DNA of 64,000 nucleotides, from assembly GCA_017499595.2 (NCBI GenBank), contig CM038999.1, positions 4,154,001 to 4,218,000 on the forward strand, in the 5' to 3' direction. Made by a program: the position numbers and the translations under genes. This DNA is from Psilocybe cubensis. Lineage: Eukaryota. The notes beneath the pieces are model-generated. The model worked only from the letters and a program-made list of their open reading frames with translations, did not search any database and was not told where the DNA came from. Of the stretch, positions 25,663-38,452 are shown piece after piece (the first letter of the stretch is position 1; every line of letters begins with the position of its first letter).

Positions 25663-27985
25663 CTAATCACTATCGTTATCGTTATCAACAATAGAAAAAT
25701 CGGAGAGAGGTTCCTCGACTGCATCAGGAGCTGCTGGTGCAATCGTCTGAATTGTAATGCTCTTGTGCCTACGTGTAGCCTGCATAGCACCCTGAATGAT
25801 TTTTTCCCATCGCTTATCTGTAAGCTTATTGACTACACGCAGTAGATTAGACGTAGCTTTGCTTTCTTGAACCAAACCGGGTGATAGCGTGGGGTAGTAC
25901 TTTGGATCCCGAGTAAGATTATCCCCCCAGTTGTCTTTTGAGAAGTCACCCAATGGCCGTTGGATCTTCTGATATTCGCCCGTAAGCCAATGAGATATAG
26001 CACGATGGGACTAACAGAAACAGTTGATATCAGTGATGGTATGCAATAGTGCTATATATCACGTACCGCCTGAATGGCCATTATCAGTGCGCCTACTGGT
26101 TTGTCATCACGTCGGGCACTAGAGTGGATCGCGGATATGCTGGAGTAATGGTATGCGAGTGTTGATAAAATGAGCGGGTGCTGAAATATCCCCTGGTTGA
26201 TTAGAAAAAAGATTCTGGTTAAAATGCAAACAATTATCAATTCTAGAACTCGGAAAACACCTACTGTCGCATTAATCTGATCATCCCCCTCCTCATAGCT
26301 TAGGTAGTAGAATGGACGACACTTGTAGTCACCCGAGAGTGCCCATTTGCACCATTCTGCAATTCCAGATTTTGACCGATCTTCCATTGCTGGAATGATT
26401 GACCTCTCAAAGCATGTTGATGCTGTTTGAGCAAGTTTTGTACGCCAGTTATATATATTATTTTCTACCTATGCGGTAGTCAGTAAGGTCCATGCAAAAT
26501 AATAAATGACGCACCAATTTGGTTACCACTGTCTTCAGCCAACCCTCTAGAGGTACGTCAGGAAAAACTTTATGCCAAACATCCAGTACCTGCTGCTCTG
26601 ATGGACGCTCCCAAGGATTAATGATGCCAATTAGTTCACGGAGCATGGGAGAAAACTGCTCATCGTATGATAACCTCAGCTCAGACGGAAGGTCAACTTT
26701 AGCGCGGATTTCTTGCTTCCGTTTGAGCCTTCCATCCAATGAAGCTGGAGGAATATATGTTGGCACCGATGTTGTAGCTTCAACTTTGGCCAAGGAGCGA
26801 CCGGTAGATGCAGGGTTGGATGTAGGTATAGAAGACTGAAAAAAGATAAATGTAGTCAACGAAAGTCAATCTAGAAAACTGCATTAAGTAATACGCTACC
26901 TTTCCGCGGGAATTTGATGTGTTGGAAACCAGAATTCCACGCCTTTCGACTACCTCTCTTTCATCATCACTAATCCCATTGATGTTTTCTACGTCGTCTT
27001 CGTCCTCATCGTTGACCTCCATGTCACTAGTGCCACTGGTGCCGCTAGCATTGGAACTAGGAGGAAGACTTTGTCCCATATCGGGCATGAGATCAAAGTG
27101 CTCTTCGTATGTTTCTTCATTCCAATCTTCACGTATACCACACACATTAGCCTTCTTTATTTTTGCAGGTTTGCTAGCAAACATGTCTGTAATTGTCATG
27201 CATGCAATAACAAGTGCAAGTACGTACCTGGGCTGCGTTGTTTGCCCCTTTCGTTTGTTTCCTACTGATGGTTCTTGATTTTTATCAGATAATCGATGGG
27301 CGTTAACCTGTTTTCTAAGCCTTCCCCGTTTTTCCTTTCGACTTCCCTTAGACGTTGCTTGAGCAAGCTCAGCATCGTCATCCAAGCCTTCACCGTCATC
27401 AAGATCATCTGAATCTTCCGACTCAATATAACCCTTGTCAATATATTCATCATCACTACCACCACCCGATGATATGTCTCCTGATGTCAAAGGTACTTCA
27501 TCATTGTCACCGTGACCTTGTTAATTTTTTAATCAGTCTCGGGCATATTTTGTGTGTTGTATCATACCTGGTAGATCCAAAGTGGTACCTTGATCAGGTA
27601 AAGAGTCGAAGGAGGCTTTAGACAAATGAGTTCTTGAGTCGCTAAAGCTGTCATCTTTCAGACTATTTTCCTCTTGAAGAAGCTGGTCCTCGATTGCTGC
27701 CGCCTTTTGAATTGAAGCATTTCGAAGTAAAGCCAACCTTCTTTGTTCGGTTTGTTGATTTTTCTTTTCTTTGGCTACTTCTTCTGATGTCCGCTTGGGT
27801 CGTGGAGCATCCGCAATTCCTGGGTTTGGATTGCGTACTACCCGAAGGGTTGATCGACGGTCAGTATCTTGATTTGCAGTAGAATTCGATGGCTCAGCTA
27901 ATTTTATGACTGGTGCATCATCAACCTTTCTAGACGAGCGACGAGGAGGCCCCGAAAGAACCACAGCATTCTTTTTTGGTGGCAT
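25663..27985 (-). CDS. Transposon passenger gene: disordered basic/acidic N-terminus plus DUF6532-like C-terminal domain (multi-exon)
   Basis: MPPKKNAVVLSGPPRRSSRK; RPKRTSEEVAKEKK; acidic tracts; RPFYYLSYEEG...GIFQHPLILSTLAYHY...PVGALIMAIQAV...GDFSKDNWGD; ORFs joined by GT-AG introns. Confidence 0.7.
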
Positions 27986-28205
27986 CAAAGAGGTATGTGA
28001 GGTATCAGGATGTCGTCTAATGTGATGTGAGTGATTCAAATTTTGCAGAGTAGGTTGTTGCATTGTCATTGTTTTTTTTTTACGTCTTTGCCAATCATTC
28101 AAACACACTGCAAGTCACAACAATTCTAAGTTCACGGACACGGCAAGCAATCTAGACATTTTTCCATTGTAAACTAACAACTTTAGTTGGACCACAATAT
28201 AGTTT

Positions 28206-28970
28206 TTAAAAAATATTTAAACGAAGACCATTGACTCTTCGTATCGTTGGGTCATTTGCCTCTCCACCACCCAGAGAAATGCTCAACAGACCCAGTAGGT
28301 AAGCCTTTCTTCGCAATATCATCATTTCAAAAATGCGAATTTCCTGAGCTAGATGCGCTTTCCGAACTCCCGCCCGAATAGGTGACAATGCAATCCTAAT
28401 TTTTGAGCCATTACCTGCTTTGTGATTGAGCATGACATATTCAAAAAGTCGAGGGCTCTTCGTATATTTGATAAGGCATTTGCGTTTTTGCTTTAGGATG
28501 GCACGGTACAGACGAATGGTGAGCTCAACTTGGGTAGCTTGCATGCCGGCGCGGAGCTGTGCGTAGCTTGCTAGCTTATTGGGGTGCTGCTTTTTGAATA
28601 AAGGTGGATTTGCTTTGTTATACTAAAGCCGCATGGTGAGTTTTTTGACGGATTTGATATCACTTCACAAACTTACCTTTAGATTTGCTGACAGCTGTGT
28701 AACCCGCTCAAATTCTCCTTTGAATGCCCTTTCCGCCATTGTTGCAATTCCATCCTTATAGTCCGAGACTTCTATGGTGTCCATTTGGGCTTTTATTTCG
28801 GGATGAGGCGACAGAGGAGAAATTGTCGGTCTGAAAGGCATATAGTAATCGTCCTCCTCATGTTCTTCTTGGTAGTTGTAGTGCCAGTCCAAACTTCCAG
28901 TTTGTGACTCTTCTTCCTCAGAATTGGATACATATTTGTCAAGGGTATTCCAGTCATCAAATGGAGGCAT
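28206..28970 (-). CDS. Second transposon passenger gene, hypothetical protein (at least two exons)
   Basis: ORF 28665-28970 ends at a gtaagt donor (~28677) and is followed by ORF 28206-28544; divergent from the transposase ATG. Confidence 0.45.
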
Positions 28971-29103
28971 AGCGTGTAGTATTGTAAAGACAGTATTTTA
29001 ACCAGCGAGGAATTGAATGTAATGTGACATGTTGCTGTAACGCTGCCTTTCAACGTTCCAAACTCGACGCTGATGTTTTGCACTGCAGCACACTCAAATT
29101 TTT

Positions 29104-32100
29104 ATGTCTTCACGAACACGCAAGAAATTCCGGGCAGCAACATTTCATTGCTCGTACAATGGATGTATCAAAACCTCAACAACTTCATGGGGCATACAAC
29201 AACATTATAATCGAAAACACGTTATTCCCGCTGCTCTAAACACCCAGCCCGCTATTCCACGATCACCAACAGATATTCCACCATCCTCACGTTCTCCCTC
29301 TCCAAGTTTGCAACCCTGGTCCAATACCTTTTCGCCTCGTCGCTCTCCTCGGCGAACACCATCCGGATCTCCAAAATCCTATCCAAACAGTGCAAATCCA
29401 GTACCTAAATCCAATACACGTATAGATACACATCCAACAATCGATGGTTCTTAACAGTTTTTTTTTCCTTCAAAAAATATAGCTAATTGTTTGTGGATTA
29501 TCTAGGAAGACCATGCGATTTGGCGGGCAACTACCTTCCCCCAAATACAAAGCCACCGCCCGTTGAACCTCACAATAAGAATGACTTTACTCCCTTTGCA
29601 ACTCGGACAGAATTTGAAATGGCTGAATTTTTATTCGTCGAAGAAGAGATGTCAGCAGGTAGGATAGACCGTCTTTCCCAACTTTTAGGTGCCAATTATC
29701 CCGACCAAGACCCACCATTTGCAAATCACTCTGATCTTTACGCCTGTATTGATAGCATTAAGCAGGGTGATATTCCGTGGACCTCATTTTCAGTAACCTA
29801 TAATGGCAAAATACCAGAAGATGGTCCCGTTCCCGAGTGGATGATGCAAAAATACGAAGTTTGGTTTCGCAATCCACTGCATGTTCTAGAGCAGCAAATC
29901 GGCAACCCCACATACGTAGGAAACATTGACTATGCTCCAAAAAGGTATTATAGGAATGGTAAATGCAGATACCGGAATCTTATGTCGGGACAATGGGTAT
30001 GGCAGCAGGCTGTACGTTTCATTTGTTATACACTTTGATATACTTTAACTTTTTATTGTCTATAATATAGAACAAAATTGCTCAAGACATCAAATGTCAT
30101 GGCTCAATGTTCTGCCCGGTAATAATTGGAAGCGACAAAACCACAGTGTCTGTAGCTACAGGGCAAAATGATTTTTATCCACTTTACATGTCGTTAGGCA
30201 ACATCCATAACAAAATGCGACGAGCTCACAAGAATGCCGTCTCACTGGTTGGATTTCTTGCTATTCCTAGAAGTAAGTTCTTTTTTACAACTGATTCTGC
30301 TTATGGCTTACATGGTTTTTTCTGAAGCATCACAGGAATATAGCGATAGAGCTGATTTCCGCAAGTTTCGCCGGCAATTGTTTCACACATCTCTAGAACA
30401 CATTCTATCTTCGCTTCGGCCTTACATGTCTACACCACGGGTAACCTTGTGCGGAGATGGCCATTACCGCCGTGTCATATATGGAATTGGACCTTACATT
30501 GCAGATTATCCGGAGCAGGCATTGCTTGCATGCATTGTTCAAGGATGGTGCCCAAGGAAAGTCTGTTGCTCTATCCTCAACTTGTAATCTAATACTCTTT
30601 AATTATAGATGCACATCTCACCCCGACGACCTAGATGCACCTAGCCCTCGGCGATCACAGATGCATACAAAAGCCCTTGTAGACGGATGTACACTTATAG
30701 AACTGTGGGATGATTATGGCATAGTTGGCGACTTATTTGTGAGTGATTTTCTATGCATATTGTGGCACAATGCTAATGTTTTTGCTGACCATTAGCCGTT
30801 TACTACATCATTCCCCCGAGCTGATATACACGAACTTCTTGCACCCGATTTACTTCATCAAATTATTAAAGGAACATTTAAAGACCATTTGGTAGACTGG
30901 GTCACACAGTATATCAATCAACATCATGAACCACCGACTGCAAAGAAGATTTTGGCTGATATTGATCAACGGTATACATTCTTGGCTGGTCTAAAGAAAA
31001 CATTTGATGGCTAATATTGATCTTATTGTAGCATTGCAGTTGCGCCTTCTTTTCCTGGTCTTCGTCATTTCTATCAAGGACGTGGATTCAAACAGTGGAC
31101 GGGTGATGATTCAAAGGGATTAATGAAGGTTTGAGATTGAAATCAGAATTCAAGTCATGATGACTCAACCAATATATTAGGTGTATTTGCCCGCTATCAA
31201 AGGCCATGTCCCAGACCAGATGGTTCAAGCTGTAGCCGCATTTCTTGACTTTTGTTACCTGGTACGACGCAATGTTATCGACGATGATACTCTGGATCAA
31301 ATAGAGGCTGCTCTATCACGCTTCCATCACCACCGTGAAATTTTTCGAGACCTAAATATACGCCCTGAAGGATTCTCACTCCCACGCCAGCATTCACTCA
31401 CTCATTACCCTACATTAATTCGACTTTTTGGAGCGCCAAACGGTCTTTGCTCTTCAATTACCGAGAATAAGCATATTAAGGCTGTCAAAAAACCTTATCG
31501 GCGGTCCAGTCGCTACAAAGCACTTGGTCAAATGCTTGTAACAAACCAACGTATCGACAAACTTCTGGCAGCAAGAGTTTTTTTTACGTCACACAGCATG
31601 CTGAATAGTGTCCCGGAGCCCTTCAATTCTGTGAACATATTGAAGAATGTTGAGTCAAATACACCTCCTTCCACAGGCGCGCTCGGGGATTTGGGGGATG
31701 GAAGAAAAGAGTCAAATGAAGAATGCGGCGAAATTTTTGATCCAGAATCACAATCTGAGATTTCACTTGCAAAATCTCATGGTGCGTTTTTGCAAGCTCC
31801 TACAACGCATATATTCAACTCACTTTTGTTTAGTACGTGGTGTTCCACTAGAAATTACAGCATTTGCATTCCATGTTAAGCAACCACGCCTTGCGGAGCT
31901 CACTCAGCAATTTCTTTACGATCAACTTGTTTTTCAAAACGCCGACCTTCAGTTACATATCCCACCAAACGAGTCCCTTCCCAGTCTATCCGGTTGCACT
32001 TTTCGACTGTTTACTTCAGCTCGCGCTGTCTACTTCGCACCAAGTGATCTTTCTGGATCAAATGGTCTTTATTATGAGATGATTCGCTCGACATCATCAT

Positions 32101-32525
32101 GGCGCAAAGGTCCTGCAAGACGTGATTGTGTTTTTATTGGGAATTCGGACTCTGATGCAGATGGATTTGCTGGTTTACACGTGGCACGTGTATTCCTTTT
32201 TTTCTCGTTCAAATATGCCGGTACTATATATCCATGTGCGTTGGTTCAATGGTTTTCGCACATTGGGGACAAACCATGTCCGGTCACTGGAATGTGGAAA
32301 GTCAAACCAGACCTAGAAAGACGTGACCAACGACATGGCCAACGGCGGCGGATGAGCGTTGTTCATCTGGATTCTATTTATCGAGGTGCTCACCTGATCG
32401 GGGATGCCGGGAAGGATTTCATTCCTCTCAACACCAAGTTTGATTTTTCAAAATCTCTTGATTCTTTTCGTTCTTTCTATGTCAACAAATATGTAGATCA
32501 TCATGCACATGAGATAGCGTTTTAG
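29104..32525 (+). CDS. Plavaka-family transposase with N-terminal C2H2-type zinc finger (about 9 exons; one donor site reads GA)
   Basis: CSYNGC...HYNRKH; YEVWFRNPLHV; NLMSGQWVWQQA; PVIIGSDKTTVSVATGQNDFYPLYMSLGNIHN; GPYIADYPEQALLACIVQGWCP; DLLHQIIKGTFKDHLV; FKQWTGDDSK; FSLPRQHSL; GAPNGLCSSITENKHIKAVK; FYVNKYVDHHAHEIAF. Confidence 0.92.
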
Positions 32526-32989
32526 ACACCCCAAATATACTCTTTTTGGATGCTTTATCATTGAGAGAATAAGTAAAGTGAAAGAACTCGTGAAAGTGTA
32601 TAAATAGTTGCAACAGAAGTGGCGGGCTTCCAAAAGCAAAAGTGGAAGTTACGAAAGTAAAAGCAAAAGTTGAAAAAGCCCTTGAAAGTCCTAGCGTAAG
32701 TGATTTCTTAGCAAGCGCTAGAGGGTGTAGTTTTACTGATGGACTCTCAGAACAACAGCAGACCATTCCTTAAATGCGCATAACACAGGTCCACAGACCT
32801 TGTAACTCAAGGTGATCATCAGACATCGGAAGAGTAGATAGTTTAGTGGCATCTGAAGGAGAACGCACGGCGGAGAGATGGGCATTCGAGTTCAAATAGA
32901 ACAGAAAATGAACAATGCCAAAACTAAAGAGAACACTATTCCCGTATCCCTCCTATACCTGTTCATACCCAAGGGCAACAACATCACAC

Positions 32990-34660
32990 ATAGGTCCATC
33001 AAACAAATCAGCAACCTCAATTCCGCCAGACATCATTGAACCACAGATACCAACAGATGCCTGATATCGTCACAGTACAGCAAGAGAGAGATCTTGTGAA
33101 ATTATAGTTGCCTATGCTCATGGTCTGACGCTGCCGTTGACGCGTGTAGTCATAGCTTTGGGTTGTCGTCATCGCATGAAGCTGGAAAATAGATTAACTC
33201 ACGTCACAATGCGGAAATGGCCTGCTTGGTTATCATTCGGGTTATAAGGTATCATATCGAAATGAAAGAAATGTTGGACATCGGACAGCGCATCCGAACC
33301 AACAGTGATGAATCACTACCACCGACAACTTCTCATTCAGTCCACTGAATGTATGATATTAGCACGCACCAGTCACCACTCGCATTCCATTGCCGTCATA
33401 CGCAACTTTGTATAATCTGGGAAGTCCGCATATGGAAGCGCAACCAACAAAATCTGCGTAGTCGACGGCTAATGTTACCACAATCAGGGATAATCCTATC
33501 GATGCATGCTACAATGAGGAAACAGCTCACCATTACAAATGTAATCTCTCTCACGGCCGCAAGCACCGCAAGCGTTGCTATTCCTGCTCCCACGCATACA
33601 TCCACACCTGCATCTAGGGTGAGCTCGGATTAAGAACCCTACATCAATGAATTGGCGGCTCAGAAACACTCACACCCTCTCTCAACGTCTCCTCTCTCCA
33701 ACCTGCATTCACCTCAAGCTCCCCTCCCCTTCAAACAACGTATCACATTAGTGTGTCATCCACTGCACCGCCTTCCATAACGTATTTGACCCCTCCTCTG
33801 AGGCAGCGATCATGCCGTCCAGTAGTGACGAGACGGCATTCAAGTTTTTCGTAGGGTGAACCCCGCTGTCGTGGAGTTGGTGGCTCTGCTAAGAGGAGAG
33901 TAGGGGGCGGGATGGTCGTGCAGAGGAGATTGAGGAAGAAGCATGAAATGAGTAAGCGTACACATCAAAATTGAGAGGCAGTGACAAGCGTGAAATACGA
34001 CGGGAATGCAGATCACGGTGAAGGATGGAGTGCATGAGAACCATGGAAGGGGTTGCAGATGTTGGAGACGAATGTAATGGAGGGCGAGTGAGCGCGAGAA
34101 GAATGTTTTCTTGACAAGTCAGATTACGGAGGTTCTGCAGGTGAAGGGGCGTTACAAGGACGGGCGGCGAGAGGATGGAGGTGCTGGGAATTGGTAAGAG
34201 GATGGATGTGGATCTTTGTGAACTGTAAGCACGCACTGAGAGGAAGAAACTTGATGGATATATGCAGCTCGACCGCACCATCCAGAGAAGTGTTACAAAT
34301 CTCAGAGGGAGACTCACATGTTGATGCAACTCGTCGTTTCACCCCTTCACCCTTCTGCTTCACCGCTTATCTCATTACCACCATACATAAAGCATCCATT
34401 GGGACATTGCACGCTGTGAAACAATTAGACGCCTGGAATAGATCTGAGACGATAGAGGTCACTTACAGGGTTTGCCATAGGGAGGCAATGATGTCATATT
34501 TTCGGGATGGTCTAAAACGAAAGGGTTGATCGATGATCGATGAAGTCGGAAGGGTTGGTACGAACGGAAGGTTAAGAGCACGATTTCGCCAAAGGTTCAT
34601 GATGTCCAACTTAGATGTCGTTCGACAAGTCCCGACAGGCGGAGTTTGAACGATGACGTG
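32990..34660 (-). pseudogene. Decayed importin-beta relic
   Basis: 33541-33611 aligns with 54776-54847 (IATLAVLAAVREITF vs ITTLAMVADASEVTF); ~33110-33170 resembles 53575-53645; PPLHS...PSRP at 33.9-34.1 kb. Confidence 0.7.
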
Positions 34661-34689
34661 TCCGTGGGAACTTTACACAGGCACAAATC

Positions 34690-35994
34690 TATGGAAAGCC
34701 GGAAGAGCGAGGTGCCCAGACACAAACCAAACATCGTCCGGCAGGTATGCCGAGTGATCGATAGGCAACACACCACATGCAAAACAATCCCGCTATGCCT
34801 GAATGACTTCCGACACCCTGCACCGAGTCCACTTTACAAAATAAGTATACTCCGTCACGTACTTTAGGTATTACCTGCCATGGGTAGGTAATTTGGATAC
34901 ACACATAATTATTACATTAGTACACAATATGACGCAAAATTCTCTAGTTATTGGCATGGCAGGTAATTGCGTCGAAGCCGACGTTTTGAGTTATTTTTTG
35001 CCCTCTATTATTTAGTTATGGCCTGTAAGAAAGGGTTTGTGACGTTAGTGCCAAATGTGGCTCCGAAAGTAACAGCGGTTCCGTAGCGGCACACGGAAAA
35101 TATTCAAAAATGAAGCTTAGAGGTAGAATAGACAAATTAAATTACTCTGTATTTCTGTTTTCGACACCGGTTCTCTAGCTACTACATAGCTGCATTTATA
35201 CTGTAAAAATAAGGTGTTCAAAGGAAGTAGACAAAGAAAGAGATACAAGAGGGTTAAATGGGAAATACATGAAGGTGGAGTACAACTGTACAAGTCAGTT
35301 TTAAGGGGAATAAAATGAAGAAATAGGAATAAAAAATAAAGAAAATGAGCTAAAGGACTGCGTGTATTGGGTGGACGGAGCGAAGGTGGAGTCCACAGAA
35401 AAGAAAATTATAGATAAGATAAAAGGAAGATAGTTGGGGGTGTGGGAAACAGTCCGGATCGTCACACCCACCATTGGTTTTCGCTCACATCAAGGCTTTC
35501 ATCCTCATCTCAAGGTTTCAACGAGGTCGAGCTTTCACCACTCACCGTGCTCTCTCACCTGCCCTAGCCACCTCCTTTTTATCTTCTCTCATATCCATCA
35601 CATCCATTGCCCGTGACCAACCGCCCGCTGCGCTGAGCGCATACCAAAGTCTGGTTTGTGTATGTAAGCACTCTGGCTCTTTTTAAAAGCAGGTTGACTT
35701 CCTTTCGTATCATCAATGCGCTAGCCATGAAGGCCCAAATACCGCGGTCATCTTAATCATGCAACAATATTCAATTTATTGCCTTTCTTACAGGGCAGAA
35801 CTAAATGATAGACGGCAAAAAATAACATACCTAAGTATGTAACGGAATATACCTATTTGTATAGTGGACACGGTGCAGGGTGCCAGAAGTCATTCAGGCG
35901 TAGCGGGATTGTGTGTTGCCTATCGATCACTCGGCATACCTGCCGGACGATGTTTGGTTTGTGTCTGGGCACCTCGCTCTTCCGGCTTTCCATA
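34690..35994. mobile_element. Non-autonomous long-TIR (foldback-type) element, 1305 bp, 6-bp TSD
   Basis: Termini TATGGAAAGCCGG...CCGGCTTTCCATA; inverted arms ~34690-35034 and ~35782-35994 with indels; CAAATC at 34684-34689 and 35995-36000. Confidence 0.9.
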
Positions 35995-36460
35995 CAAATC
36001 CTTGGAAAATCAAAAATATATCTACGTGTCGATAAGAGAAAGATTACATTTCAGTGATTTAAGATTGAGCATGGAGCATTTATAAAGTTTGGGTTCCTCG
36101 TCATTCATCAGATTAACAAGTCCAAGAGGTGCGAAAGCGGCTGTTCGCACAAAGTGATCAAAATATGTGACTGTTGGATCACGGACGCTAGCTTGACCCA
36201 CAAACAATCCAAAGTCGACTTCAAGACTACACTGAGTGAGTGAAAAAGACTTTGGGTTCTTCAAACGCATCTTCTTAAAGTTAACTGAGCTAAGAATCTA
36301 CGTCGTTGGCAGAGAGTAGATGTGTCGGAAACAGCAATTTCCCAATATACATACTGCATCTGTAAATACGTCCAGCATCTAAAGAACATGCACAGGTGTT
36401 AATTACTCGAGTAGTAATGATGCTGGGATACAACGTGTGTTTAATGCAAATGGCGTGACA

Positions 36461-38452
36461 TCAATTTCCTGGATGATTGTCGCTGTCCACTTCTGTGACC
36501 ACTTTAATGTTAAGCGCCCCCTGCGAAAGAAGATATGTGCTCAGTAACACATATTCGCGCTGACCACAAAAGACAGAAGCTTACAAAGTGATTAGATTCT
36601 TCCTTTGTAGCTTCGACGTCCGTTGAATAATCCACGGCATCTTGATTGCGGTACATTTGTCCATTCGGAGACCGAAGTGTAGTGTCTTTATCCATGGGGA
36701 CAAAGGAGGAGGTACCTGTGGAGACTGTGTGCTTCGAAATTTGCAGAGGAAAGCTTATCATTCCACAGGTTTCTTCAGATCTAGCTCGTAGCTTATCACG
36801 ACGAGTAAGTGACGCTAGGAGGCCAATGGAGTATGCTAAGACAACAAGACGGACAATCAAACTCTGAGTCAGATTTCCGTCTCTGATGGAAGTGAGATGG
36901 ACTTACTGTTGCTAATTATGAAATATGACCCTGTAAACGCCGTCGTATCTGTCATGACTATTTTCTAAAGGAATGAAATACGGGTTGCATCAGACCTTTT
37001 CAACAATAGGTAGAAAACATACAAGTATCAAGGATATCGTGGCAACAATGCTTGTGAAGAGACCCGTCGTCAAAGTATTGTAAATCAATGTTCTGACGAG
37101 TGATACTGTTCTACAAGGGTGTAAATTAAGACGTACAAAGTCAGAGGCTGCCACCTACCGTGGGATTGGGGTCCGCCTTCTCCATAGTAGGGTACAGAGT
37201 GATGCCGCAATGACCGAGTCGGCAAGAAGTACTGAAATAAGGACGGCGTAGAGTAGACCCTACGACCAGGATGGAGAATCAGTATCATTTCTGTCCATCC
37301 AATATTTTCTTACATTCATCTCGATGTCATGAAGGACATTGAATTTAAAGCTGGGAAGGAACGGTAATGTTGTTAGTTTTATATCACGCTGATGCGGTAC
37401 CGCCGTATTCTGACTTACAACACAACATCCAAGTCTAAGTGCATATCCAATAAGTTTAAGCAAACTTACAGAGCCAGTTCATTAGTTTTCACATACAGAT
37501 AGTTATGATCAGAGCCGCGATATTAGGGAGGCTCTAGTAGGTATATGCAGGACCGTTGCGGTGAGTCTGGAATATTATTAGAGAAGTTACACACACCACA
37601 ATGGAGACCAACAGACGGTTCCCATTGCTGACTATCAACGAAATTGATTCAATCAGAAACCGCTGCGACAACGGGAGGGCACTATAGTTAACGTACGCCT
37701 CCAAACCCGATAAATGTAGAGGCTGGTAATCGTATGTCAGTGAGTATAACGCTAGATATATGGATGAAACTTACGCTCGGACAATGGGGTCACTCAAGGT
37801 CTGAGAAACGTTATCACCAAGAATAGAATCAACCAAAAATTAAATCATACCCATGTGTACAAGGCAATCTATGATAACATTGGCGAATTCATCAATTAAA
37901 ATAATGCAGAAAAGAAGTAATTGAGGAACGTACAGAGAATTCCCTTTGAGAACGTCGTACTAAACCACACTGTTCATTATCAAGCTGAGAACTGCTCACC
38001 AAGAGAATTTGTCATCGAACAGACTCCGAGCACCCTCTGATATGGCATGTTGAACTGTGGTGTAAAACCCGATGCCTTCAAAGATGATAGTAAATGTGTT
38101 CAAAAGCCTTTGATTAAACGGTTGGTCAGATTTCTGCGCCAGAGAGAAGTAATATCTACCAAATAACCATGATCTAAAAGAGTGAAGTCTCAGCAATTAA
38201 AATACAGCGTAAAATTGGTACAAGTATTTACCAGAATCCGAATAGGTCTCGGATCTTTGGCACCTTGCTGAAAGTACACTAATGTCTGATGGGCCATCAC
38301 GCCGTATAGCCTGCATCATCGACAGGCGCTCAGTGGGCAGCAAAGAGCGCAATACCAATTACTGACAAAATTGCAAGAAAACAGCCAGCGAAAAGGCCAT
38401 TATATGATTGATTAAGTTTCGTAGTGGTGATGGGGTCTGCTGAATCCGACAT
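36461..38452 (-). CDS. DUF6534-like multi-pass membrane protein, copy 7 (multi-exon)
   Basis: MSDSADPITTTKLNQSYNGLFAGCFLAI; LYGVMAHQTLVYFQQGAKDPRPIRILV; YSIGLLASLTRRDKLR; last exon GALNIKVVTEVDSDNHPGN*. Confidence 0.8.

Larger units (their letters stand above)
25384..32741 (+). mobile_element. Full-length Plavaka-family (CACTA-like) DNA transposon, 7358 bp
   Basis: Perfect 19-bp TIRs catcagtaaaactacaccc (25384-25402) and gggtgtagttttactgatg (32723-32741); GA immediately outside both ends (2-bp TSD); subterminal AAAGT(G) repeats; internal transposase. Confidence 0.92.
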
